64,000 nt of DNA from an uncultured Planctomycetaceae bacterium (lineage in GTDB: Bacteria; Planctomycetota; Phycisphaerae; Sedimentisphaerales; UBA12454), in NCBI GenBank assembly GCA_964619675.1, contig CAZUEO010000004.1:43411-107410 (forward strand), given 5' to 3'. Under the pieces are notes generated by a model. The model did no database searches and was not told where the DNA came from. It saw nothing but the letters and a program-made list of their open reading frames with translations. A program made the translations under genes and the position numbers. Shown here in pieces: positions 20,301 to 28,096 of this stretch (the stretch's first letter is position 1; each line of letters opens with the position of its first letter).

Positions 20301-20565
20301 TTTTCGCGATGATATAAATAGATTGTTTATGTTGAATGTCAAGGCCGGTAATCATAAAAAAGCCATTTGCATCGGTTGTGGTTCTTTTGGTGCCTCTGCG
20401 GGTTCTATAAATTATTTCCACATCCTGCAGCGGTTTTCCGGAAAGCTTTTCAATTACATAACCGCTAATGCCTGTCTGACTGCTGTTCTTAAGATAGTCT
20501 TCTGCAAATGCAGATGAGAGAGACAGCAAGCACAAACAAATCAGACAAATCCTCAGTTCTTTCAT
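17338..20565 (-). CDS. Large secreted protein with tandem carboxypeptidase-regulatory-like (transthyretin/Ig-like) domains
   Basis: Signal peptide. About 8 repeats of I.G.V.D..G.PV.GA.V......TD.NG.F/Y.I..L. No catalytic motif recognised. Confidence 0.8.
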   Translation of the reverse strand: MKELRICLICLCLLSLSSAFAEDYLKNSSQTGISGYVIEKLSGKPLQDVEIIYRTRRGTKRTTTDANGFFMITGLDIQHKQSIYIIAKNFASQKISIMPVAGKIIDTKIELMPSSKVAGFIKDENDSPVANAKVEVFQLRNQDTKTDANGFYEIDGLDPDFGQYSLAVKADSFSAVTINFPPSATGQTAKLDIVLKVGIIVFGRVTDPYGNPLQGAVVGNTESRSMWNHIEATSDANGFYELQNIDIDNGQLVLWAVHPQYPPYVETFNIDARESEKQINIRFENPKPLHGKVVNSQGNPVSGVNVIIREIKGVSNISDYKDRIITDAEGKFTIENAPSSGKVVLQIRSQTVPNIMPEIEIGKDEHIIEVQQAGRIYGQVIDNATGKAVSKFNVKLGSSSKSQKRGSGYSATWSREGHDFNDSNGFFDTGSETLPIGAGYIVTVYAQGYDLLTIDPVEVLPTSNEPNRIIFKLMPPAAIEGSVVNEQNEPVVGASVRWFSETNRLQMYGEHWDDKDTTMTDSNGRFAFDTIGSGKRGIYITASGFAPYIDADLILPDDKEELYEIVLEKSAEVFGTIYKDGKPAAGIKISCDLNSRYDLHSHQMGFIEKSTVTNADGNYCLSDLPAGNLSIYTMSPIINRSSHTTASKKVILSPGQKINLDFGNEQGFTVTGQVCIGQTPLSNANVFFRGSDYSKSDTSNSNGFFKITGLAKGKYNVSTHYRKPQVSSTFSSRTYNPEDELRDNQQIDVNSDTTLNIDFGSIAISGKIPPEFIGEKNLRLMARRWNPKSIADDENYTYKINWDYINLQPMLNPNGSFTFSNLKPGRYYLTLIGKGLRVISESFEIDNSQQPNNIKFINPTAKLQVTVIDAESKKPLDGAACGLTNDLEMHFFGLPRQRDVNATPNTNRTDANGIIEYDKLPPAKYTFMAAKDGFLTFSKDNIQIEADKSVSIEIALEKSAVLKFIFDDAAKKLITKSWAHLICKAINLDTQEPYTITTFNTQIKKHFIFLQVPQEYLKKTPFSKPNLNLPTGRYRLEYELFQHDDRAISKMQKPFLSGQTEVDIKAGQTIEVIIK

Positions 20566-20673
20566 ATAAGTTCTCCTAAAAAAGTAACTTGTTTATACCT
20601 TATTTATAAAGCTTTTTGAAGGACATTTGTCGAACTGTTTTATAGTTGCGGCCTTATATTTGTAAGGCTATGC

Positions 20674-20701
20674 TTGACAGTGCCTTAGTGGCGGTTAAAA
20701 T
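20674..20701 (+). promoter_or_regulatory. Putative sigma70 promoter, possibly giving a near-leaderless mRNA
   Basis: TTGACA 20674-20679, N16, TAAAAT 20696-20701. ATG at 20710. Confidence 0.5.
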
Positions 20702-20709
20702 GTGGGGAT

Positions 20710-21675
20710 ATGGAAGAAATCAGGCAGAGAAAGCGAAATAAACGCAAGCCGACGATTGTTGAGCAGTGGCTGGTCTATATTTTATTGAGAATATTTCTGT
20801 TTTTCATTTTTCTGTTTCCTGTTGAAAAAGTGCTTAAATTCGCCTGTTTTTTAGGCAGAGGCTTATGGAAGCACTATCATCGCGGCAGACAAAGGGCGAT
20901 AGAAAATCTAAAGGCAAGTTTTCCCGACAAAGACAATGCGTGGATAGAGCAGGTCGGCAAGCGAAGTTTCGAGCATCTTGTAATGCTTGCAGTGGACGTG
21001 ATTTTTTCTCCTAAGGTGATACGAAAGGACAATTGGGAGCGATATTCGAGCTATAAAAACGTCGAACGCGTAAAGTGGATGATGGCAGGGCACCAGCCTT
21101 TACTGCTTGTCGCGGCGCATTACGGCAATTTTGAGATTATGGGCTACCTGCTGGGCGAGTTCGGTTTTGATATTTACAGTATCGCAAGGCCGTTCGATAA
21201 CAGATTTCTTAACAAATATCTTTATGACGTTCGGCAGCGCAGGGGACAGAAAATCATCGATAAAAAAGGTGCTGCAGAACAAATGGAGCAAATTGTTAAG
21301 CAGGGCTCGACGCTTTGCTTTATAGCCGACCAGAACGCGGGAAAGAAAGGAATATTTGTTGATTTTTTCGGCAGAAAGGCAAGCACGTATAAAAGCATCG
21401 GACTGCTGGCGATTCAGTATAATCTGCCGATAGGCGTTGGGATCAGCAGGAGGGCAGGAAACAGGTTCTTTTTTGAAATAGAGGCAGCAAGGCTGATTAT
21501 GCCTGCGGAGTGGAAAGATAAAGACGACCCGCTATTATGGATTACGCAGGAATATACAAAGGCATTTGAGGATTCTATCCGCAAAGACCCGACGCAGTAT
21601 TTGTGGATACACCGCAGATGGAAAACAAGGCCAAAGGATGAAAATGGCCACGAAGACACAAAGGCACTAAGATAA
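20710..21675 (+). CDS. Lipid A biosynthesis acyltransferase (LpxL/HtrB family)
   Basis: AAHYGNFEI, FIADQNAG, VDFFGRKA, DPTQYLWIHRRWK. C-terminal GHEDTKALR is encoded by a repeat element. Confidence 0.9.
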   Translation: MEEIRQRKRNKRKPTIVEQWLVYILLRIFLFFIFLFPVEKVLKFACFLGRGLWKHYHRGRQRAIENLKASFPDKDNAWIEQVGKRSFEHLVMLAVDVIFSPKVIRKDNWERYSSYKNVERVKWMMAGHQPLLLVAAHYGNFEIMGYLLGEFGFDIYSIARPFDNRFLNKYLYDVRQRRGQKIIDKKGAAEQMEQIVKQGSTLCFIADQNAGKKGIFVDFFGRKASTYKSIGLLAIQYNLPIGVGISRRAGNRFFFEIEAARLIMPAEWKDKDDPLLWITQEYTKAFEDSIRKDPTQYLWIHRRWKTRPKDENGHEDTKALR

Positions 21676-21748
21676 TTTAAAATTTAAGATTTAAAATTTA
21701 AGATTTGCCGTTATAATTTCTCAAGAATAGTATTTTACGGAGAATATT

Positions 21749-23137
21749 ATGGCTGAGGCACAAAAAAGCTGGGAGCATCGGCTCGGCAAGGTTGCCGATT
21801 CTCTTGCTGTTGATTTTGTAGAGTCGCTTTCATTCGACAAACGTCTCTATAAGTATGACATTGTCGGCTCGATTGCTCATGCTGAAATGCTCTACGAGCA
21901 GAAGCTCCTGACAAAAGATGAATTCAGACAGATAAAAGACGCCCTTGTCGAGATTTCGCACCAGATTGCCGAAGGCAAATTCAAATTCGACAAGACCTGC
22001 GAAGATATACATATGGCGATTGAAGCTGCCCTGATTGCAAAAATCGGCGATGCAGGGAAGAAACTGCATACCGGCAGAAGCAGAAACGACCAGGTCGCAA
22101 CCGATATGCGGCTGTGGATGCGCGACGAAATAGAAATAATCCAGACGAAAATAACCCTCCTGCAAAAGGCCTTTGTCAAACTTGCAGAAAAATACGTGCA
22201 GGATATTATGCCTGCATATACTCATCTGCAGCGGGCCCAGCCGGTTTCCATCGCAGCTTATCTTTTAAGTTTTGTCGAGCAGCTCAACCGCGACCGGCTT
22301 CGGCTGAAGAACTGCCGGCTGCTTTTAAATGTCTCGCCTTTGGGCAGCGGGGCGATTGCAGGCTCCTGTCTGCCTTTGGACAGAAAATTTACCTGCAAGC
22401 AGTTAGGCTTTTCAGATATTACCTATAATACAATTGATTCGGTGTCCGACAGAGATTTTTGTGCGGAGTTTATTTTTGACTGCTGTCTGATTGCGGCGCA
22501 TCTGTCCAAGCTGTCTGAGGACTGGATAATCTTTTCAACGACAGAGTTCGATTTTATACGAATCGACGATGCCTTCTGCACATCGTCGAGTATGATGCCG
22601 CAAAAGCGCAACCCTGATAACTTAGAGCTTATCCGCTCAAAGGCGGCGGGAGTTTACGGTTCATTGATGGCGATTCTTACGATATTAAAAGCGCAGCCAT
22701 CAGGTTATAACCGTGACCTGCAGGAAGATAAACGGCACGTTTTTAACGCATCAGATACAATAGAGGCCTGTGTCAATGTGGTCTGTGCGATAGTTGAGAA
22801 CACGACATTCAACGCAGGAACAATTTCGGCAGGTCTTGATAAGGGTTTTCTCGATGCGACGGCTTTGGCGGAATACCTTGTTAAAAAAGGAATGCCGTTC
22901 CGCACCGCACACGGCGCAGTAGGATATCTTGTCGCTCAATGCGAAAAAGAGGGCAAAGCACTTGCTGATGTTACAATTGAGCAATTTAAAAAATGTTCCG
23001 GGCTAATCGACAATGATGTTTATCAGTGTCTGGGCAGTAAAAATGTCGCAGCTTCGTATGTGACCGCAGCGGCAGCGGGTCCTTTGCAGGTAGCGGAACA
23101 GATAAATTACTGGAAAAAGCAGCTTGCAGAGCGATGA
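21749..23137 (+). CDS. argH: Argininosuccinate lyase
   Basis: LHTGRSRNDQVATD, YTHLQRAQP, SSMMPQKRNPD, YNRDLQEDK. Confidence 0.98.
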   Translation: MAEAQKSWEHRLGKVADSLAVDFVESLSFDKRLYKYDIVGSIAHAEMLYEQKLLTKDEFRQIKDALVEISHQIAEGKFKFDKTCEDIHMAIEAALIAKIGDAGKKLHTGRSRNDQVATDMRLWMRDEIEIIQTKITLLQKAFVKLAEKYVQDIMPAYTHLQRAQPVSIAAYLLSFVEQLNRDRLRLKNCRLLLNVSPLGSGAIAGSCLPLDRKFTCKQLGFSDITYNTIDSVSDRDFCAEFIFDCCLIAAHLSKLSEDWIIFSTTEFDFIRIDDAFCTSSSMMPQKRNPDNLELIRSKAAGVYGSLMAILTILKAQPSGYNRDLQEDKRHVFNASDTIEACVNVVCAIVENTTFNAGTISAGLDKGFLDATALAEYLVKKGMPFRTAHGAVGYLVAQCEKEGKALADVTIEQFKKCSGLIDNDVYQCLGSKNVAASYVTAAAAGPLQVAEQINYWKKQLAER

Positions 23138-24042
23138 GTAGCGGCGAAACCGAACTCGTTCAGTACTTTACGGCTAAAAGCAGGCTCAATCCCGCAAAAT
23201 TCCCCATCGGTATCGGCGACGATATGGCACAAGTCAAATTATCAGAAGGCAGTTCAGTTCTTATTACAGCAGATATACTTCTTGACGGTGTACACTTCGA
23301 TACTAAAAAAGCGACTCCTGAGCAAATTGGTTATAAGTCAATGGCAGTGAGTTTAAGCGATTGTGCCGCAATGGCGACAATACCGCTGGCAGCAGTTGTT
23401 TCAGTTGCTTTGCCGAAAAACTTCGGGAAGGCTTTGCTGAAAAAACTGCACAAAGGATTGCTGACAGCGGCAAAGAAATATAATTGCCCGCTTGTCGGCG
23501 GCGATATGACAAGCTGGCGCAAACCTTTGGCAGTTAGTGTTGCTATGTTAAGCAGACCAGGCGCAACAAAGCCTGTCAAAAGAAGCACTGCTAAAGTCGG
23601 CGATATAATTTGTGTAACAGGAACTCTCGGCGCCTCGATTATAAAAAGACATCTTGAATTTGAGCCGCGGCTTAAAGAAGCACTTACGATTGCAAAAGCC
23701 GGCGCAAATGCGATGATAGACATAAGCGACGGCCTGAGCACCGATTTAAATCACATAAGCAGATTGAGTAAAAAAGGCGCTATAATTTACGCCGATAAAT
23801 TGCCGATTTCCAGAAATGCCGGCACGTTAAATGCTGCTCTTAATGACGGCGAAGATTTTGAATTGCTTTTTACAATACCACACGAAAAATTTGGACGGTT
23901 GAGAAATCAATGGCGTTTTAAAGTTAAACTTACCGCTATAGGCAGAATTACCGGCGGTTCTTTGGTAAAGATAAAAAGGCCTGACGGCAAAATCTGCGAT
24001 TTACTGCCCGCAGGTTTCGACCATTTAAAAAAAACCAAATGA
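23134..24042 (+). CDS. thiL: Thiamine-monophosphate kinase
   Basis: IGIGDDMA, GVHF, SLSDCAAM, VGGDMT, AMIDISDGL, DGEDFELLFT. Confidence 0.95.
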   Translation: MSSGETELVQYFTAKSRLNPAKFPIGIGDDMAQVKLSEGSSVLITADILLDGVHFDTKKATPEQIGYKSMAVSLSDCAAMATIPLAAVVSVALPKNFGKALLKKLHKGLLTAAKKYNCPLVGGDMTSWRKPLAVSVAMLSRPGATKPVKRSTAKVGDIICVTGTLGASIIKRHLEFEPRLKEALTIAKAGANAMIDISDGLSTDLNHISRLSKKGAIIYADKLPISRNAGTLNAALNDGEDFELLFTIPHEKFGRLRNQWRFKVKLTAIGRITGGSLVKIKRPDGKICDLLPAGFDHLKKTK

Positions 24043-24488
24043 AAACCATGCAAATTGTTTCGGACTCTGTTGAGAGAACGTTTGAGATTGGCAAAAGAAT
24101 TGGTTCTATGCTTGAGCCGGGGGAGGTTGTTTGTCTTAGCGGGCCGTTGGGTAGCGGAAAGACGACACTGATAAAAGGCATCGCGGCAGGGGCAGGAGCG
24201 GCAAAACCTTCACTTGTGAATAGTCCCACCTTCGTTATCATCAATGAATATCAGGGCAAATTCAATATCTATCATATAGACGCCTATCGGATTAATACGA
24301 TTGCGGAATTTGAGGCGCTGGGCTTTGAAGAATTTATCGGGCCTGATTCCGTTGTTCTTATCGAATGGGCCGATAAAGTTAAACAGGTGCTTGAAGGCCT
24401 GGATTGTATTCATATCGAAATGCAGCATAACGCTACTGACAGCCGTATTATCAGAATCAGTGGGTCAGAAAAGTACAACAGACTGTAA
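24039..24488 (+). CDS. tsaE: tRNA threonylcarbamoyladenosine biosynthesis ATPase
   Basis: GPLGSGKTT, VNSPTFVIINEY, YHIDAYR, LIEWAD. Confidence 0.96.
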   Translation: MKTMQIVSDSVERTFEIGKRIGSMLEPGEVVCLSGPLGSGKTTLIKGIAAGAGAAKPSLVNSPTFVIINEYQGKFNIYHIDAYRINTIAEFEALGFEEFIGPDSVVLIEWADKVKQVLEGLDCIHIEMQHNATDSRIIRISGSEKYNRL

Positions 24489-24502
24489 CTTTTTAGTAAG
24501 GC

Positions 24503-25216
24503 TTATCGTTTTCTTAAAAGAATCCCGCCGATGGCCAACAGTGCAATCGTTGCTGGCTCAGGAATAAGATAGACAGCCATAGCAAAATCGCGGCCATTAG
24601 TGTTTAGAAAAAGCTGATTTCGGATGCCCGGCGTACCGCTTTCCGTATCCACGAATGCAGCGCCGTCTGCATAAGTACTGGTCCCAAGATTAGCGGTACG
24701 ATACCAGTAGATTCCGCCAACGTAAGTTGGAGCGGTAAGCTCAAAAGCATAATAGTTTCCTGCTGTGAGCATAACCTCTTCGGAGCCCTCGAAATCAAAC
24801 TCTCTGGCGCCCCTGGTAGCCGTTCCACTATATGTGAAGGTTACAGCCCCACCCCACAGGTCAGTACCCGCAGCATAATCCTGTGAACCGCCGCCCTGAT
24901 ATGTCGGGTCTGTAGTTCCGAGGTCCACAAGACGCAAAGTGTAAGGATTTTGTGTTGGCGCACTGCCATCTTCCCATATAGCAATCTTGTCCAGCTGCAG
25001 ACTTGTATGGTCCGGCAAGACCTTGAAGGTCTGAGAGATACACACCCTTGGCGAAACAAGCCCCTCACCTATAGTAGCATCCTTATTAGGGTCTGCTATT
25101 GTAACGACCGTCGGTGCTCCAGACCAGCCGGTAGTAGAGACTGTTTGCGACTGCATTGCACTACAAAGGGAGATAATACTGAAAATCAGAATTGCTGCTA
25201 CTAACTTCTTCTTCAT
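24503..25216 (-). CDS. PEP-CTERM sorting-domain protein (start moved to the Met at 25216)
   Basis: RBS GGAGG before MKKKLVAAILIFSIISLCSA signal peptide. C-terminus IPEPATIALLAIGGILLRKR. Confidence 0.88.
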   Translation of the reverse strand: MKKKLVAAILIFSIISLCSAMQSQTVSTTGWSGAPTVVTIADPNKDATIGEGLVSPRVCISQTFKVLPDHTSLQLDKIAIWEDGSAPTQNPYTLRLVDLGTTDPTYQGGGSQDYAAGTDLWGGAVTFTYSGTATRGAREFDFEGSEEVMLTAGNYYAFELTAPTYVGGIYWYRTANLGTSTYADGAAFVDTESGTPGIRNQLFLNTNGRDFAMAVYLIPEPATIALLAIGGILLRKR

Positions 25217-25270
25217 TGCTCGTCCTCCTTCGATTATTAAGTAAAAGGAGTACCCCTTTTCTCGAATCAG

Positions 25271-25300
25271 ATTGTACACCCAAAACCTTCTGATTGTCAA
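25271..25300 (-). promoter_or_regulatory. Putative sigma70 promoter for the PEP-CTERM gene
   Basis: Minus strand TTGACA-N18-TACAAT. Confidence 0.5.
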
Positions 25301-25829
25301 GAGTTTTTTAGGACTTTGTCGGATTTTTGGTGGGATTTTCTTTTTTGACGAAAAGCTCAATTTAAGATGCGTTGATTGACAGGGCATATCGCTTACAGGT
25401 ATTGCAGATAGAAGCACTTACGTTTTTCGATTTTTTAGAATATAAAAACCCGATATCCGGTGGTTTTATCTCCGGTTTAACATTGAGGGGTTTCTTCACT
25501 AACCGTATCCGAACAAAACTTATCGGGAATAGATTTTGTGCCGTTTTGCGATGTTATTATTTATTTCTTACATTTTTTAACCAGCCAGTGTGATTGTCGG
25601 GCGTGTTAGTCCTGTCGTATTATACAAAGTCCATGGTTTTATGAGACGTTGCAGACGTCATTTAAATGCAAAAGGCGGTCAGCCAAAGTAATAAAGGTTA
25701 AGTTCCGCTGCTGCATAACCGATAGCGCTGGCAGAAATCCGCTTCCGCCAACCACCGGGGGGTAAAGCGGTAGAACAGCATTTTAAAAATAAAGATTAAA
25801 GATTTTCCTTAGAATTTAAGGAGAAGAAA

Positions 25830-26288
25830 ATGAGAAAGAGAAATGGTTTTACACTGGTTGAAATTTTGATAGTGGTGATTATTCTGAGTATTCTGGCTGC
25901 GATAGTAATTCCGCAGTTCAGCGGTGCGAGCGAGGAGGCAAAATTGGCGAGTTTAGTGAGCGACCTGCAGACAATCCGTTCGCAGATTCAGCTTTACAAA
26001 GCTCAGCACAATCATGGCACTACCTGTCTACCAGGAACGGTGTCCGGTGTTGATTTCGAAAATGCGATGACGAAATACACGGTGAAGGCAGGTACACTGG
26101 CTGCCACGCAGGCTCCGGGCGATGGTGTTTATGGTCCTTATCTGCTGAAGATACCGCGAAATCCGTTTGATGATGTCAATAGTGTAGTTGAAGGTACAAG
26201 TACGCCTGACGAAGCCGGCGGCTGGTATTACAATACAGATACAGGTGCGTTTAATGCGAATGACGACGCCACACACACCGGTTATTAA
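25830..26288 (+). CDS. Type IV major pilin / GspG-like pseudopilin, copy 1
   Basis: Class III leader MRKRNG|FTLVEILIVVIILSILAAIVIPQF with E+5. Confidence 0.9.
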   Translation: MRKRNGFTLVEILIVVIILSILAAIVIPQFSGASEEAKLASLVSDLQTIRSQIQLYKAQHNHGTTCLPGTVSGVDFENAMTKYTVKAGTLAATQAPGDGVYGPYLLKIPRNPFDDVNSVVEGTSTPDEAGGWYYNTDTGAFNANDDATHTGY

Positions 26289-26330
26289 AGTCTGACGGCG
26301 AAGCTCCGATAGAGTCGGAGAAAAGATAGA

Positions 26331-26374
26331 GGCTGGTCGGCCTGGTATGTGTGGGGCAGACCAGCCGTTTTTAT
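26331..26374 (+). terminator. Intrinsic terminator-like hairpin after pilin 1
   Basis: ggctggtc...gaccagcc stem followed by gtttttat. Confidence 0.6.
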
Positions 26375-26386
26375 GTTAGCCATTTA

Positions 26387-26417
26387 CCTTCGTCCCTTAG
26401 GGACTACGGCGGACAGG
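26387..26417. repeat. CTTCG..CTACG(G/C)CG-type repeat, related copy at 12143-12166
   Basis: ccttcgtcccttagggactacggcggacagg versus cttcgccaagggctacgccgagac. Confidence 0.55.
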
Positions 26418-26516
26418 CTCCGGTATGAAGGACGAAGAAGATTATGGTAAAGATGACAGTGAAAGATAAAACCTTTACTCTACGTTGAGGCTCTGCCTTG
26501 AAACACGGAGAAGAAA

Positions 26517-26975
26517 ATGAGAAAGAGAAATGGTTTTACGCTGGTTGAGATTTTGATAGTGGTGATAATTTTGAGTATTCTGGCCGCGATAGTAATTCCG
26601 CAATTCAGCGGTGCCAGCGAGGAAGCAAAATTGGCGAGTTTAGCGAGCGACCTGCAGACAATCCGTTCGCAGATTCAGCTTTACAAGGCTCAGCACAATC
26701 ATAGCCCTGCCAGTCTGCCGGGAACGGCACCCAGTGTTAGTTTCAAAGATGCGATGACAAAATACACAGAAAAAGATGGAACACTGGCTGCCACGCAGGC
26801 TCCGGGCGATGGTGTTTATGGTCCTTATCTGCTGAGGATACCGGACAATCCGTTCAACGATAGTAACGACGTGTCTCTTGGAGCTGAAGCAGGAGACGGT
26901 TCCACAGGCTGGTGGTATAGCACTACAACTGGTGCATTTAAGGCAAACGACAATGAAGAACACGCCGGTCTGTAA
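26517..26975 (+). CDS. Type IV major pilin / GspG-like pseudopilin, copy 2
   Basis: Same leader as copy 1. First 62 aa differ at one residue, C-terminal segments diverge. Confidence 0.9.
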   Translation: MRKRNGFTLVEILIVVIILSILAAIVIPQFSGASEEAKLASLASDLQTIRSQIQLYKAQHNHSPASLPGTAPSVSFKDAMTKYTEKDGTLAATQAPGDGVYGPYLLRIPDNPFNDSNDVSLGAEAGDGSTGWWYSTTTGAFKANDNEEHAGL

Positions 26976-27032
26976 GAACGCATTCTTCAATCTTCATTTC
27001 TGGAAAACCGTATCTGAAAAAGACCATATAAA

Positions 27033-27458
27033 ATGGTAAAAGCGACTATAAAAAATGAGGCTTTTACGCTTGCTGAGGCACTGATAGCCCTTGTAATTCT
27101 TATGATAGCTGCAGCAGGACTGATTCTGCCATTTGCATCAAGCACTGTGGTCGGCCAGCAGGGCTGCAGTCAAACAATCGCAGCAAAGCTTGCATCCGAC
27201 CGGATTGAACGGATTATCGCAGACCCTAATTATTGGTCCGCAGGCAGCTATAACGAGCCGAAAGGGCAGGTAAAGGATGCAAATGGTATCATTTTTATTG
27301 ACCCGATGTATGCGGATTTCAGCAGAGAAACAGTTTGTGAACAGGTTTATATGCCGCAGCAGGGTGCTTTTGGAACGCCAAATTTTATCAGGATAACGGT
27401 CAGGGTATATCAAAATGACCTTAAACTTGCCGAAATTACAAGGCTGAAAAGCAAATGA
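27033..27458 (+). CDS. Minor pilin, PilV/GspI-like
   Basis: KNEA|FTLAEALIALVILMI; position in the cluster. Confidence 0.8.
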   Translation: MVKATIKNEAFTLAEALIALVILMIAAAGLILPFASSTVVGQQGCSQTIAAKLASDRIERIIADPNYWSAGSYNEPKGQVKDANGIIFIDPMYADFSRETVCEQVYMPQQGAFGTPNFIRITVRVYQNDLKLAEITRLKSK

Positions 27459-28096
27459 AACAGAGGAAGAATAGGTATAAGGGTTTTACACTTGCCGAAC
27501 TGCTGATGACAGTGTGGGTAATGAGTATAATTCTCACTGCCGTAGCGATGTTATCTTTTGCTCTCGGCAGTGCAAATGATTCTGCGGATGATACGTCCCA
27601 GATTCAAAGCAGAATCCGCTATACGACTATTTATCTGGGCGGGCTTGTAAAAAACAGCAAGCTGATATGCGCAAAGTTCAGCGATAGCGTGGCAATATGG
27701 CAGGCAGATTACAACGGCGACAGCCAGATAGACCCCAATGAAATAGTTTATATTGATAGCGGCGGCGGCAATAACTATATAAAGCTGATTAGTTTTAGTC
27801 TCCCCGTTGCGGCTGCCTCGTTTCCGAAGACTCTCGATTCAATCGGAAACGGTCAGGCAAGAACGTGGCTCGCGGCCAATTGCCAGAACAGTTCTATTAC
27901 CCTTATAGACAATTGCAGTTATGTAGATTTTACGACAGACCTGCAACCGCCTTTTACAAAAAGGTTAAATATCTTTTTTGGCGTTAATAACAAAGGCAGC
28001 GTCGAAAATTATCAGATAAGTGCGTATCTGCGATGTCAGGCAGGTTATCTGCTCGACGGCAGCGGTCAGATTGTTTCAAGTGACGACGATATGTAA
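27455..28096 (+). CDS. Minor pilin, PilW/GspJ-like
   Basis: RYKG|FTLAELLMTVWVMSIIL. Confidence 0.82.
   Translation: MKQRKNRYKGFTLAELLMTVWVMSIILTAVAMLSFALGSANDSADDTSQIQSRIRYTTIYLGGLVKNSKLICAKFSDSVAIWQADYNGDSQIDPNEIVYIDSGGGNNYIKLISFSLPVAAASFPKTLDSIGNGQARTWLAANCQNSSITLIDNCSYVDFTTDLQPPFTKRLNIFFGVNNKGSVENYQISAYLRCQAGYLLDGSGQIVSSDDDM

Noticed and set aside
25217-25417. N-terminal 67 aa of the 304-aa ORF call
   Set aside because: A strong RBS, a signal peptide and a promoter all point to the Met at 25216. The extension overlaps the promoter.
25728-25744. Sigma54 promoter TGGCAGAAATCCGC upstream of pilin 1
   Set aside because: The GG-to-GC spacing is 9 nt, not the required 10. The similar site at about 26343 lies inside the terminator loop and lacks the TT before GC.
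25500-25829. c-di-GMP riboswitch in the pilin leader
   Set aside because: No GEMM-type GGCAAA...GAAA...GACGCAAAG core was found by eye. An Infernal/Rfam scan would be needed to exclude it fully.
25830-26975. Electrically conductive (e-pili) pilins
   Set aside because: Aromatics are at mature positions 1, 24 and 50 but not 27, 32 or 57, with a 25-residue aromatic-free gap. This does not fit the Geobacter-type pattern.
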